From Nitrosopumilus sp. (GTDB lineage Archaea; Thermoproteota; Nitrososphaeria; Nitrososphaerales; Nitrosopumilaceae): a DNA stretch of 64,000 nt. How positions within the stretch are numbered: the first letter of the stretch is position 1; each line of letters opens with the position of its first letter. The notes under the pieces are model-generated. The model made no database searches and was not told the origin of the DNA. It saw nothing but the letters and a program-made list of their open reading frames with translations. The position numbers and the translations under genes were made by a program. Below are positions 9,977 through 21,121 of this stretch, in pieces. The stretch is taken from positions 2,592,001 through 2,656,000 of the forward strand of contig OZ243974.1 of the NCBI GenBank assembly GCA_965214775.1. The letters run 5' to 3'.

Positions 9977-10159
9977 CTATGGTTTGTTATAACAGATTAT
10001 AGTATAAAAAATATGCTGTTCTGCTATATGTGAGAGTTTACCACTCCTCCAAGATACGACGTGGCAGGCGTGACCATGAAGGCTCCTGCCAGCAGTGCCG
10101 CCTGAGGGGTAAACTCTTACCTGCCATATTGGCAATTCAGATCACGATAAGAGCATAAT

Positions 10160-11285
10160 AGACCTTGTGCGTAATCGACAGGATTGTGTTATATGAAAAT
10201 TAGGTTCGTTAGTCATTGATGTCCCTCTCCATCCATTTTGGGTAGCTTTTCCTGATCGCTTCTGTGGCCTCCCTTGCCAAAAAGGCCTGCAGTGGCGTCT
10301 CACACTTGTCGATATCCAGCGCAAAGTGCAGCCTGCGCTCGTTATAGTATTTCACATATGCAGCCAGGCCCTCATAGTAATGGATTTCCTTCTCTATGCT
10401 GCCGTGGAATCGCTCCAGCTTGCCGTGGGTCTCCGGATGGTACGGTCTTGAGTTTATCAACCCGATGTCCCTGTCCAGCAGCTCGGCCTCAAATGCAGTC
10501 GGCGTCCATGTTCCCTTTGACATGTTCTTCTTGCTACGGCCGCCGTTGAAGCACCAGCCGTTGTCAGACAGTATGGTGGCCAGCGTGCCAAATCTGTCTA
10601 TGGCATCCCTGAGTGTTATCATCACGTTTTCTGATGTGGCCTCGGCAAACGTCCGTGCCGCCATGACACACCGGGATGAATCGTCCAAAAACGTGACTAG
10701 ATTGAGCCCTCTCAGGCGTGGATCCTTCATATCATGCCAGTCTACGTGCCACATTGCGTTGGAGTACTTGCGCTCATAGCGCAGCCACTTGCGCTGTCCG
10801 GATCTTGCAGCAGGCTTTGAGACCAGCTTGTTCTCACTCATTATCCTGTATACAGAGTCGTAGTATGTGGTCACGTCCCCCTACCATCTAGGCACGAAAA
10901 TTACAATCATGCACGCTAATCCGTGCCTAGCTGATGGGGGTAGGTGACCTCGTACGAGTCGTAGCTTATATTCAGTTGCTCCCTTGCTGCCTGGCCTCCC
11001 TCTTGTACTGCATCTTCTCCTCCCTGCACTGTTTGACTTCCTCCTGATCCTGCCTGTGCCTTTGCCTGCACTGCTCATTCTCTTTCCTCAGTTGCCGTAT
11101 AAGCACGGTCTCGGATTTTGCCATCACTCCTGTTCGAGAATGGATCCCGGATCTAAATTAACCGACTGAAAATAATCGCAGTTTTGATCAAATATCTTGG
11201 ACAATGCGAGGCGCTGCCTGCCAGCCTGATGCATGATCAGCTTGCAAACATGATATTTCGATCCGGGCGATTACGCATAAAGTCT
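10160..11285. mobile_element. Internally deleted ISL2-like (family D ends) element carrying a nested IS481 fragment
   Basis: Ends AGACCTTGTGCGTAATCG and GATTACGCATAAAGTCT; coiled-coil N-terminal stub MAKSETVLIRQLRKENEQ on - strand near 11125. Confidence 0.6.
10209..10874 (-). pseudogene. 5'-truncated IS481-family transposase
   Basis: WHVDWH, FLDDSSR, LSDNG, PYHPETHGKLERFH; paralogue of 14156..15124. Confidence 0.85.
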
Positions 11286-11419
11286 ACTGTTAATTTTTGC
11301 AATTACTTTGTATTGGTATTCTATCTTGGCCATGATGGTTGAATTATGATTTTATTAAATAAAGATGGCAAAAACAAGCAATTAAAACGTTATATAATCT
11401 AATCATTTTAAAGTACGAA

Positions 11420-11806
11420 TTGGACACGTTGTCAGTATCCAGAAAACAACTGATTCTGGAAATTCGGGGAAGATCAAAAATTGCATGCGAACTCAAACGT
11501 CATCTGTCTCCTCGAACTGTTGGGACGATTGCAAGATCCCTGCCATTAGAAGGACATGCTCATCTTCTAGGCCAGAGCATCCTGTATTTTGAAACCAGTA
11601 TTGATTCTGGAATCGAAAGATCAAGATCCGAATTCAAGAGAGGCGATGTCGCCTTTTTGCCATCATCAGGCAGCGTCTGTTTTTTTATGAACGACGTGAC
11701 AACGGCAAAAACCATGACGCCAATTGGAAGATTAGACGGTAATGTTGATGCGCTAAACGATGTAAGGTCAGGAGACGTGCTTTGTGTCTATGAGGAGGAT
11801 GCCTGA
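11420..11806 (+). CDS. Cyclophilin-like fold protein
   Basis: RHLSPRTV...LPLEG...GDVAFLP...VCFF...MTPIGRL. Confidence 0.75.
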   Translation: MDTLSVSRKQLILEIRGRSKIACELKRHLSPRTVGTIARSLPLEGHAHLLGQSILYFETSIDSGIERSRSEFKRGDVAFLPSSGSVCFFMNDVTTAKTMTPIGRLDGNVDALNDVRSGDVLCVYEEDA

Positions 11807-12099
11807 TACAGATGGTGTCCCGAATAGCCGCCAACCTTTTTTAAAGTCCCCTTTTCAGCAGACTCCTTGAGGAATCTGTTTGCCGCAGAAATTTTTACGC
11901 CTGTCTGCCTTGCAAGATCATGTGCCGTGATTACTTTGGCACCTTGAATGATTTTTGTCGCTTGTTGCTCGTTGACCATCACGGTAACTTCGGCTTTCTT
12001 TGGACCTCCCTCTGCCTTGCCTTTCTTGCCTTTCTTGGAATCTTTTGATCCTGCAGGTCTGTCTGCCTTTGCCGCAGTTGGTTTCTTTGCGCCACCCAT
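11788..12099 (-). CDS. rps25e: 30S ribosomal protein S25e
   Basis: MGGAKKPT, ITAHDLARQTGVKISAANRFL. Confidence 0.9.
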   Translation of the reverse strand: MGGAKKPTAAKADRPAGSKDSKKGKKGKAEGGPKKAEVTVMVNEQQATKIIQGAKVITAHDLARQTGVKISAANRFLKESAEKGTLKKVGGYSGHHLYQASSS

Positions 12100-12201
12100 G
12101 AGGCCTCAAAAAGAGATTCCTCTTATAAACGATGAATCATTCTGCTGAAAATTTCACAGATGATTTTTCAAATATAAATAGCATCTTTGCCCAGTCTGTT
12201 C

Positions 12202-12414
12202 ATGGGGGTTGTGTCCAAAGGAGCCAAGTGCAACATTGATGGGTGTGACAAAGACGGGGTCAGATCCTTGAACACGGCAAAAGTAGAGAATGCCGGCCTC
12301 AGAGTCAGTTCTGCCGGCAAAAAGACGGTCCTTTGCAAGGAATGCTACAAAGAGTACAAGAAGAATTCCAAGGAGGACAGAAAACTTGAGCGAGCCAGAT
12401 ATGACAGGTTTTAG
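12202..12414 (+). CDS. Small Zn-binding hypothetical protein
   Basis: CNIDGC...LCKECYKEYKK; TATA box upstream. Confidence 0.75.
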   Translation: MGVVSKGAKCNIDGCDKDGVRSLNTAKVENAGLRVSSAGKKTVLCKECYKEYKKNSKEDRKLERARYDRF

Positions 12415-13514
12415 TTTTTCCCCTTTGATTTCTTTGCTGTTGTTGTTTTGATACTGGGATTTTCAGAATAATCTTTGCCTAGCTTGTCATATAATTTCCC
12501 TAGTTTTCTGTACAGTCTTTTTGGTCTTCTTGGATTTTGATTGGAAAGAACATACAGTGCCAGTATTGGAAATGCAATGGTTGCATCTGCGTAAACTGTG
12601 ACTACTCCTTTATGTGAATCCTGGACTTTGCCCCAGCTCTTTCCCTCTTGCAGCGTTGCCCCCGATAATCCTCCGGTGTCTGGACGGGCATCAGTGATCT
12701 GAATTATGTAATCCTGACCCCCGTCATTCCGTCTTAGAATTTGATCAAGCAGCGGCCCTGTTTGTTGGGCAGCATTTTTTGGTACCCCTCCGCCAATCTC
12801 CAGAATTCCCGACTTTTTTGAATCGTATAGGATTGCAGCCTGCTCTATGATTTCTCTGACAAAATCCAGGTTGTAATTTTTGCCGGCAAGTCTGTGAACT
12901 GCCAGGTTTAGGGCAAGCGACGAATCCTTGATTGTCGAGATGTAGACAGGCACGTCGTATTCGTATGCAGCAGTTACAAAGCTCTTTTCAGGATGCGTGG
13001 AGTTTTCCTTGCTTAGTTTTCCCATTAAATTGCAAAATTCCGCAGTCGTAAACGGCTCATCTGGAAAATCTTTTCCAAACATTTTCTGCACCACTTGATC
13101 CTGGGCCTCAAGAGTCTCATAAAATTTAACGTAGACATCCCTAATCCTGACAATCTCATTCTCGTACAGTTTCATGTCATCGACATCAAAACTCCCTTGT
13201 TTTACTGGCAGTCCCCAGGCAAAGTGATCCTCATGGTATACGTTTGCCCCCGTTGAGATGATCCAGTCGACAAAGCCCCTTTCGATCAAGGTTTTGATGA
13301 TTCCCCCAAATCCCACAGGAGTCATTGCCCCGGACACCGTTAAGCATATGGTTGCGTTTTCCTTTATCATCTTGGCATAAAGCTTTGCAGCTTCTCCCAA
13401 CTGCCTGCCGTTAAATCCGGAACTTGCAAAAACATCAACAAGCTGTTCTATTGTCATTTTTGGATCTAGTTTGATATGTGGAATGTCTTTTCCGTGAAAT
13501 TTGTGTGGATCCAA
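12411..13514 (-). CDS. dys: Deoxyhypusine synthase family protein
   Basis: SGAMTPVG, STGANVYHE, GGGVPKN, GGLSGATLQEGKSWGK, DATIAFP. Confidence 0.92.
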   Translation of the reverse strand: MDPHKFHGKDIPHIKLDPKMTIEQLVDVFASSGFNGRQLGEAAKLYAKMIKENATICLTVSGAMTPVGFGGIIKTLIERGFVDWIISTGANVYHEDHFAWGLPVKQGSFDVDDMKLYENEIVRIRDVYVKFYETLEAQDQVVQKMFGKDFPDEPFTTAEFCNLMGKLSKENSTHPEKSFVTAAYEYDVPVYISTIKDSSLALNLAVHRLAGKNYNLDFVREIIEQAAILYDSKKSGILEIGGGVPKNAAQQTGPLLDQILRRNDGGQDYIIQITDARPDTGGLSGATLQEGKSWGKVQDSHKGVVTVYADATIAFPILALYVLSNQNPRRPKRLYRKLGKLYDKLGKDYSENPSIKTTTAKKSKGKN

Positions 13515-13614
13515 TTTAACAAAAATGGATTTCTGTTGTAATTAACACTTGCGCAAGTCTCGGTGGGCTTTTAGCAGTCATCATTTATGTACTGATGGCG
13601 TAAACTAGTTCTCA

Positions 13615-13977
13615 ATGGATGTTGTTGATCTGCATGATCCATCCCGAGTCTCTCGAACTCCAGATGACATCAAAGTATTGTTGTTGGGAAAGTTTCCTCA
13701 GGATGAGTTTACCGTAACTAGAGTGGAATTAAGACTGTATAATGAAAAGACAGATGAAAAACTGGGTGCTTATTCCCTGATTACGTCTTTTGTTCAGACT
13801 GATTTGGGTTCAATAGAAATGGTTTATGATGAAGGGTTTAGGGGGGAGAACTCCCTATCTAGATCAGCGGAGTTTCTTGCCAGTAATTTGGGGGTCTCCG
13901 GCCTGATACTGCGTTCTGTAATATCATTACGGCATAAAAAACGTAACAGCTCAGACTCTGAAAGAGATCATTTCTGA
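13615..13977 (+). CDS. Hypothetical protein
   Basis: 120-aa ORF with core-like composition, divergent from dys. Confidence 0.7.
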   Translation: MDVVDLHDPSRVSRTPDDIKVLLLGKFPQDEFTVTRVELRLYNEKTDEKLGAYSLITSFVQTDLGSIEMVYDEGFRGENSLSRSAEFLASNLGVSGLILRSVISLRHKKRNSSDSERDHF

Positions 13978-14103
13978 TTTTAGACACGAATTCTATTTAA
14001 TTGTCATTTATCAGTAACAAAATTCACTTCCGAACTTCCAGAACACGAGCTGTTATCTATGTGGCGTAGTCCAGAATTTTTCCAGAAATCTATCGATAGA
14101 TTA

Positions 14104-14140
14104 TAGACGCTATATGAAATCTTATCTGTATCCTGTGATA
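14104..14140 (+). mobile_element. Isolated IS110 left end
   Basis: Reverse complement of 42766-42802 with one mismatch. Confidence 0.75.
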
Positions 14141-15205
14141 TGTATTATATGAAAATTATGTCGCACCATCACCAATGTCCTCCTCCATCCATCTTGGGTT
14201 GCTTTTCCTGATCGCTTCTGTGGCCTCCCTGTCGGAGAATGCCCGCAGCGGCGTCTCGTAGTTGTCGATGTCAAGCGACCAGTGCAGCCTGTCCTCGTTA
14301 TAGTAGTCGATGTATGCAGACAGACTCTTGTGGTTCCATATCTCCTCCTCGATGCTCCTGTGGAATCTCTCCAGTTTGCCATTGGTCTGCGGGTGATACG
14401 GCCTGGAGTTTATCAGCCCGATTTCGCAGTTGAGCAGCTCCTCCTCAAAGGCAGTGGGCCTCCATCCGCCCTTGGGCGGACTCTTCTTCTTCTTCGGATC
14501 CGAGCGCGCCCCGACAAAGCACTTGCCGTTGTCTGAGAGTATGGTGGCAGGCGCGCCGAACTGGGCCACGGCCTGCCGCAGGACCGCCACGACGTTTTCT
14601 GAGGTGGCCTCCCTGAACAGGCCCGCACCAGTCACGCACCTGGACGAGTCGTCTAGGAACGTGACCAAATTGAGCCCTGCAAAGCGCGGATCCTTCATGG
14701 TATGCCAGTCCACGTGCCACATGGCATTGGAGTATTTGCGCTCAAAGCGGACGTATTTTCTGGGCATTGATTTTGCAGCCGATGGCGTCACCAGCCCGTT
14801 TTCTTTCATTATCCTGTATACCTCGTAGTAGCTTATATCGAGTTGCCTTCGCAGCCTCTTGGCCGTATGAACCACCCCTGCTGCACTGTGTTTGTACTCC
14901 TCCAGGACTGCGCGCACGTCCCCGTCGGGAACCGGGGCGCTCTTTTTCCTTCCCGGCTTGAGCGGCACGTGGTGCGTGTCGCCTGTCTTCCTGAACCGGG
15001 CATACATCCGCTGGACGTGCCTTGTCGTGACGCCTATCTCCGGGGCCACCTCCGAGGGCTTTCGTCCCCCTGCACATTGCGTCACTGCGTATCTGATCTG
15101 CTTTGCCTCGAGCCTTACAACCATCGGTTTTCTTGATCGGTAAAGCCTAAAGTAATCCTTTGCAATCCTCCTCAAATTAGTGCGACCTAATTTTCGTACA
15201 ATAGA
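14141..15205 (-). mobile_element. IS481-family element; transposase probably 15124 to 14156
   Basis: 25-bp imperfect TIRs TGTATTATATGAAAATTATGTCGCA / TGCGACCTAATTTTCGTACAATAGA; HTH plus integrase core DDE (WHVDWH, SDNG, QTNGKLERF). Confidence 0.9.
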
Positions 15206-15539
15206 ACAAAAATGTGGCGGTCCGACCATACATGCAAGGCCGATAACATCACATGACGTGTACACGTGAAGTATCTGATAAGATCAAAGCCCAAAAAGGG
15301 AACAGGCAGGTTCGAGGCGTATGCGACCATGCAGACAGTCGACTTTTGCAAGATAGTCGGACAGATCAACGCAGGGAAACTCGGGATGAGCGGCGATCGT
15401 GGTTTGTGATGTGCATGCTGACGTGGAGTGAAAGGGGCAAATCCACAACAGACGATGTCCTAAAGCTAGTTTAGGGGCGTGGCCTCATGCACGCCTAAAA
15501 GTGAAAGGTTTAATTCAATTATCCTGTCTGTTTGGAATC

Positions 15540-17429
15540 ATGAGAATACTCCAACTTCACTGTGACAGCATTGAATACACTCCAACAAAAAAAGAGATCA
15601 AAGCTGCCGAGGAAATAGAGAATACAGAGACTCAAAGACTAGAAGAAGTGGTAGTGGCGTTTGTTGCAATCGAAAACGACGACGACTCTTCAGTTGCACA
15701 GGATGCAATCTCTCAGATAAAATCATCCATGAAAAAAATCGGCTGTAAAAAATTACTGTTGTACCCTTATGCACATCTAAGCTCCAATCTTGCAAAACCG
15801 TCAACTGCAATGTCCCTGCTAAAGGAGATGGAGGAACACGCCTCCGAACTTGACGTATCTCATTCCCCCTTTGGCTGGACAAAGTCGTATCACGTACAGG
15901 TAAAAGGACACCCCCTTGCCGAGAGCTCCAAAACAGTCACAAAGGATTCCTCAAAACAATCAAAATCAAAAGAAGAGGAGGAGGGGGATGAGGAACACGC
16001 CTCTGAGGCTCTCAGAGGCGAGTCAACCATCCGTTCCCACTGGAAGATAATGTCGCCTGACGGAACAATGGCAAACATTGGCGATTTTGATTTTAAAGAC
16101 CACAAAAAACTAGAGATCCTTGCAAAATACGAATCTGCAAAATCCAGGCTTGTTGATGAGCCCCCGCCACATGTCGCCCTGATGAAAAAGCTTGGGATTG
16201 CAGACTATGAACCGGCGTCTGATTCCGGAAACATGAGGTTCTTTCCAAACGGCAGACTGATCAAATCATTGATTGAAAGATACGTTACAGACAAAGTCAG
16301 GGATTACGGGGGTTATGAGGTTGAAACCCCGATCATGTATGACTCTGAGCATCCAAGCATGATTAGTTACTTTAATCGGTTCCCGGCACGGCAGTACAAC
16401 ATTGATTCGGAGGGCAAGAAGCTGTTTTTGAGATTTGCAGCCTGTTTTGGGCAGTTCCTAATGGCAAACCACTTTCAAATGTCTTACAAGAATCTGCCCT
16501 ACAAACTCTACGAGCTTACACGATACAGCTTTAGACGGGAGCAGTCAGGTGAACTAGTCGGTCTGAGAAGGCTGCGTGCATTTACAATGCCAGACTGCCA
16601 CGCATTTTGCAAGGACTTGCCGCAGGCAGTAGGCGAAATCAAGGTCAGATTTGACTTGTCCAAATGCGTGCTCCAAGAGCTTGGAATTGAAGAATCCGAT
16701 TATGACATGGCAATTCGCTTCACCGAAGATTTCTACAACGAAAACAAGTCCGCAATTGAGGAACTGGTCAAAAAGCACGGACGGCCGGTTCTTGTTGAGA
16801 TGTGGAAGGAGAAGTTCTTTTACTTTGTGCTAAAGTGGGAATTTAACTTCATTGACAATCTTGGAAAGGCTTCTGCATTGTCTACTGATCAAATCGATGT
16901 GGAAAATGCAGACAGATACGGAATTGAGTTTATAGATGAAAATAACACCCCAAGGCACCCGATAATTTTACACAACTCTCCTAGCGGTGCAATTGAGAGA
17001 ATCATCTATGCCTTGCTAGAAAAGGCGGCAAAGGATTCCCAGGAAGGCAAAAAGCCATTGTTTCCCTTATGGTTGGCCCCCACGCAAGTCAGGATAATCC
17101 CCATAAAAGAGGAGTTTCACAGGTACTGTGAGTCACTAGAGCAAAAAATCTCATCTCACGGCATTCGGGTCGACATTGATGACAGGAATGAAAGCATCGG
17201 CAAGCGAATCAGGGGAGCTGAAAAGGAATGGATTCAGTACATTCTGGTGATCGGAAAAAGAGAAACAGATGACAGAGTCCTGAGTATTCGCGATAGGAGA
17301 ACCGGCAATGTCAGGGAGATTCCCTTTGAGGATTTCTTAAAGGAGGTTGGCGACCAGACCAAAGACAAGCCGTTTACAGGCCTGAATCTGCCAAAACACC
17401 TATCAAAAAGACCTCAATTGATGGTATAG
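15540..17429 (+). CDS. thrS: Threonine--tRNA ligase (archaeal editing domain)
   Basis: MRILQLHCD, YPYAHLS, PFGWTK, LRFAACFG, FRREQSGE, HNSPSGAIER. Confidence 0.97.
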   Translation: MRILQLHCDSIEYTPTKKEIKAAEEIENTETQRLEEVVVAFVAIENDDDSSVAQDAISQIKSSMKKIGCKKLLLYPYAHLSSNLAKPSTAMSLLKEMEEHASELDVSHSPFGWTKSYHVQVKGHPLAESSKTVTKDSSKQSKSKEEEEGDEEHASEALRGESTIRSHWKIMSPDGTMANIGDFDFKDHKKLEILAKYESAKSRLVDEPPPHVALMKKLGIADYEPASDSGNMRFFPNGRLIKSLIERYVTDKVRDYGGYEVETPIMYDSEHPSMISYFNRFPARQYNIDSEGKKLFLRFAACFGQFLMANHFQMSYKNLPYKLYELTRYSFRREQSGELVGLRRLRAFTMPDCHAFCKDLPQAVGEIKVRFDLSKCVLQELGIEESDYDMAIRFTEDFYNENKSAIEELVKKHGRPVLVEMWKEKFFYFVLKWEFNFIDNLGKASALSTDQIDVENADRYGIEFIDENNTPRHPIILHNSPSGAIERIIYALLEKAAKDSQEGKKPLFPLWLAPTQVRIIPIKEEFHRYCESLEQKISSHGIRVDIDDRNESIGKRIRGAEKEWIQYILVIGKRETDDRVLSIRDRRTGNVREIPFEDFLKEVGDQTKDKPFTGLNLPKHLSKRPQLMV

Positions 17430-17438
17430 GGAAATGAC

Positions 17439-18332
17439 ATGAGCTTTGTTGATTTGTATATGAACGGCAACCCTATGATCACCAGATCAGATGAGGATTC
17501 TGAACCAGTGGCAACTGTTTTCGGAGTTCCTTTTGATGCGACTCATTCATACAAACCTGGTTGCCGTTTTGGTCCGGATGCCATACGCGGCTCTTTTAAC
17601 AATATCGAGGTTTTTCACCCGGAATTGCAAGTTGATTTGGAGACTGTCAATATCGAGGATTTGGGAAATACAATGCATACAGTCGTTTCATCCGAAATGA
17701 CAGACATGGTAAAAAAAATTACAGTTGAGCTTGTCTCAAAGCAAAGACAGTTGTTCATTTTGGGCGGGGAGCATTCCATTACATATGCCAGTTTTACCAG
17801 TTTTCCAAAGGACACTGCCTACGTAGTGTTTGATGCGCATTATGACTTGCGTGATGAGTTTGCAGGCAGCAGGCTAAGCCATGCATCTTATCTGAGGCGG
17901 ATTGTCGAAGAGAGGGGATCTGAGAATATTTTGCATGTCGGTGCCAGGGCATTTGTAAAAGAAGAACTTGAATTCCTAAAAGAGCACAATATCAAAACGA
18001 TTTCAGACAGGGAGATCCGTGACGGCAGGGGCCCGGAACTAATTTCAGGATTTCTTGGTTCCTTTGGCTCTGTTTATACGAGCTATGATCTTGATGTTTT
18101 GGATCCTGCGTTTGCCCCCGGTGTCGGAAACCCCGAGGCAGTTGGCATTACTTCACGAGAGTTATTTGACATGATCAACTCTCTTAAAGATTCCAGAGTG
18201 ACCGGGGCAGACATTGTAGAATTGAATCCATACCACGATAATGGCGCAACTGCCACTTTGGCTGCCAAAATCATGTCTGTACTGATTGCACAGAATTTAT
18301 GTACAACATCAGGTCCTTTTTATACTGACTAG
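17439..18332 (+). CDS. speB: Agmatinase (last 10 codons supplied by IS66)
   Basis: GGEHSIT, DAHYD, DLDVLDPAFAPGVGNPE. Confidence 0.93.
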   Translation: MSFVDLYMNGNPMITRSDEDSEPVATVFGVPFDATHSYKPGCRFGPDAIRGSFNNIEVFHPELQVDLETVNIEDLGNTMHTVVSSEMTDMVKKITVELVSKQRQLFILGGEHSITYASFTSFPKDTAYVVFDAHYDLRDEFAGSRLSHASYLRRIVEERGSENILHVGARAFVKEELEFLKEHNIKTISDREIRDGRGPELISGFLGSFGSVYTSYDLDVLDPAFAPGVGNPEAVGITSRELFDMINSLKDSRVTGADIVELNPYHDNGATATLAAKIMSVLIAQNLCTTSGPFYTD

Positions 18333-20427
18333 GAAACTTTTTGCCCGGAACTTTTTGATCCTTCCGCATCTGCTGTGACAGACCCGCTACATCATCACCA
18401 CACGTCCCTTGTATATGCAAGACCGGCAGCGCGCAGACAACAGATTATTGGCAGACAACAGATTATTGGCAGACGGCACCTGCAGGAAACCAGCATTGTC
18501 AGATTTGCCAGGCGTTGTTGACTGGCAGACTTGCCTGCACGGCCGGATTCTTTGACATGAAGCTACGGGTTACGCCGTCCCGTAGGCGCCAGACGGATCA
18601 TGTTGTTACTATCGGAGCTACTACTGGTACGACGGCCATCCGGTCCCGGCGTACCGCTCCTCCTTCACTGCCTGCGTCATCATCGACTACAGGCCGCCAC
18701 ACCGGCGGCGGCCCGGGACACTCAAAGACGCTGTATCTTGTACCGTCCGTATTGGCAAGCGAGGACAGCAGGCGCGCATTATCATCATCATCTCCTGCTT
18801 CTGCAAAGACATCCCAGCCCGGATTCCGCAGGTATTTCAAGAGTCCGCCGGCAGGATGTATGTTTTGCTTGCGACATGTCATCGAAAATGTCAGCAGCGC
18901 AGAAGCCGTCTTTCTTCCCCCGTCAGTTACAATCTTGTGACGTGCATTGCGTTGTGGTATGATCCCGTCGCGTATGCACCGCTCCGTATCGTTGTTGTGC
19001 AGCGGCATTCCCCGATGCGCCAGACACGTAAACATGTTATGTATGGCGTTTAGCAGGTGTGTACGCACGTGAACGTCCTCATACGGGTTGATTATTTTGT
19101 ATACTTCCCTGGAAAGCTCCATGCATGTAAGCGGCGCAAGCGTCTTGATTTTATCTATCTTCCTGTAGAATTCCAGCAGCAAGTCATACCTTTTCTCGTT
19201 ATCGCCTTCGGGCATCTTTACTGCAAGCTTTTCTGCATACGCCAGAAGGTGCCTCCAACACCTCTGGATTGTCACAAAGAACAGCTTGTACTGGGCCAGT
19301 CCGTCTACGACTATGGGAGTCTTGGGATCCAGCCATCCAAAGTGCGTGTGCAGTACCTCAGAGGACCGGGAATCTGCAAATACCACAAAGCACGCCCCCT
19401 CGCAGTTGAGCACCCAGACGTATCCCATGTGTCCGTCGCCGCGCTTAAATCCGGTCTCGTCCATCTGTATCCACGGCCTGCCCGCAATGAATGACTGTAT
19501 GCGTTGTATCATGTTTTGTTGAATCGCCTCTGCCACTGCGTGCCGGGCGGCAGTCACGGTATTTGGGGCCATCTTGAATCCAAACATATACTGAAAGTAC
19601 TCTGCAATGTCCTCGTCTGTGTTTCCCTTCTCAAAGAACATCATGATTAGAGAGAGTGAGACGGGCCCAAGTGACGTGCCGCTTAGAAACGGGGTAGCTG
19701 CGACATGCACGGTATTGCACTGTGGACACACCGCGTTTTGGATGATGGCATTGGCAGTGAGCATGCGCATAAAACCGTCCAGGTCGTTTACAAGCTTGTG
19801 GATCGGCTTGAGCATCCGTAACTGGATGTTGCACTTTGGGCATATTTTGGAGCCAAGATCGTACCTTAATGTCATTGATGGCCGGTTGCCGTGCGATGTA
19901 CCATGGTGTCCGCACGGAGGGCCGCGTTTCTTGCCCCGAGCAGCATCGCCGGGACTGCCGCCGGGATCCTCGCCCCTTTTCTCCCTGAACTTTCTTCTGG
20001 CATCATTGTATAATGACGGCGTGGACGTGGGCATGTTGGGACTCTCGTACAGGGCAAGCCTTGCCTGAAGCTTAGAGTTCTCCTTCTTGACATCAGCATT
20101 CTCCTTCTTGACAATAGAGAGTTCTTTTTCCAGCCCGGAGATCTTCTCATCCTGCTCCATGATCATGACAAGTGCCTTTCCAGGATCCGTACAGTGTGCA
20201 AGCACGGCTTTGGAGTCCATATGTTACATCAGACAGGCAAGATCAAAAAAGATTTCCATCGAAATTCTTTGACCAAGATGCCGATATTATGTCACTCCCG
20301 TAAATTCCAAACCTGCAATATCTGATCACAAATGTCTGATGTTCAGCCATGTTCGCAGGGGCATCTGATCATAAGATGCTGCCCAAAAATGTTTGACTGT
20401 CAGTATAAAAAGGACCTGAAGTTGTAC
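18301..20427 (-). mobile_element. IS66-family element, single-ORF type, copy 1
   Basis: 29-bp TIR GTACAAC(A/T)TCAGGTCCTTTTTATACTGAC; 8-bp TSD GAATTTAT. Confidence 0.95.
18598..20220 (-). CDS. IS66-family transposase
   Basis: Coiled coil, STPS, CPKC/CPQC, MDETG, QRCWRHLL, HNNDTERCIR. Confidence 0.93.
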   Translation of the reverse strand: MDSKAVLAHCTDPGKALVMIMEQDEKISGLEKELSIVKKENADVKKENSKLQARLALYESPNMPTSTPSLYNDARRKFREKRGEDPGGSPGDAARGKKRGPPCGHHGTSHGNRPSMTLRYDLGSKICPKCNIQLRMLKPIHKLVNDLDGFMRMLTANAIIQNAVCPQCNTVHVAATPFLSGTSLGPVSLSLIMMFFEKGNTDEDIAEYFQYMFGFKMAPNTVTAARHAVAEAIQQNMIQRIQSFIAGRPWIQMDETGFKRGDGHMGYVWVLNCEGACFVVFADSRSSEVLHTHFGWLDPKTPIVVDGLAQYKLFFVTIQRCWRHLLAYAEKLAVKMPEGDNEKRYDLLLEFYRKIDKIKTLAPLTCMELSREVYKIINPYEDVHVRTHLLNAIHNMFTCLAHRGMPLHNNDTERCIRDGIIPQRNARHKIVTDGGRKTASALLTFSMTCRKQNIHPAGGLLKYLRNPGWDVFAEAGDDDDNARLLSSLANTDGTRYSVFECPGPPPVWRPVVDDDAGSEGGAVRRDRMAVVPVVAPIVTT

Positions 20428-20544
20428 GAATTTATCCCAAAATTCTCAGAATCCTGCATGAGCCTGATCTCATGATTTTTGACTTGGCACGGGCATGTTT
20501 TTTCTTCTGTTCACTTTATTAACAAGTATTGGTGGGGGTATCTC

Positions 20545-21117
20545 GTGCTAAATAATCTCAGAGATACGCTCAGACCAACATTGGAAAAGATTGGCAGGGG
20601 GTTTGCATCCACAGGACTGCCTCCAAACTTTTGGACATCAGTTGGTCTGGGATTTGCCATGGTTTCGGGAGTTGTGTACGGTCTTGGAATCGAATCGGGG
20701 CTGGTTATAGGTGGCGCGCTGTTGCTGGTCTCAGGATTTTTTGATGTTGTTGACGGGCAAGTTGCCAGGGTTGCCCAAAAGACATCCAGGAAAGGTGAAT
20801 ACCTTGACTCTGTGTTTGATAAAATTGCAGAAGTTGCAATTTTCTTGGGAATTTTAATTGGCGGTTATGCAGAACCCTGGGCCGTGTTTCTTGCAATTAC
20901 CCTGTCTTTGCTGGTCAGTTATGCCAGGGCAAAATCCGACATCATCAACATCAAGATGCAAGGAGTGGGAATAGGCGAACGGGCAGAACGGTTGCTGGTA
21001 ATTGCAATTGTCGGTATCATCGGGTTTATGGAGTATGCGGTAATTATCGTTGCAGTAATTGCAGGAGTCACGCTGGTTCAAAGAATGGTTATGACTGCCA
21101 GAAGCATCAGAGATTAG
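20545..21117 (+). CDS. CDP-alcohol phosphatidyltransferase
   Basis: DVVDGQVAR...GEYLDSVFD, SYARAK, ERAERL. Confidence 0.93.
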   Translation: MLNNLRDTLRPTLEKIGRGFASTGLPPNFWTSVGLGFAMVSGVVYGLGIESGLVIGGALLLVSGFFDVVDGQVARVAQKTSRKGEYLDSVFDKIAEVAIFLGILIGGYAEPWAVFLAITLSLLVSYARAKSDIINIKMQGVGIGERAERLLVIAIVGIIGFMEYAVIIVAVIAGVTLVQRMVMTARSIRD

Positions 21118-21121
21118 GAGG

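Noticed and set aside
15210-15500. TnpB/IS200-type hairpin or regulatory leader upstream of thrS
   Set aside because: Only short transposase scraps (KPKKGTGRFEAY) and one hairpin; no TnpB RuvC motifs
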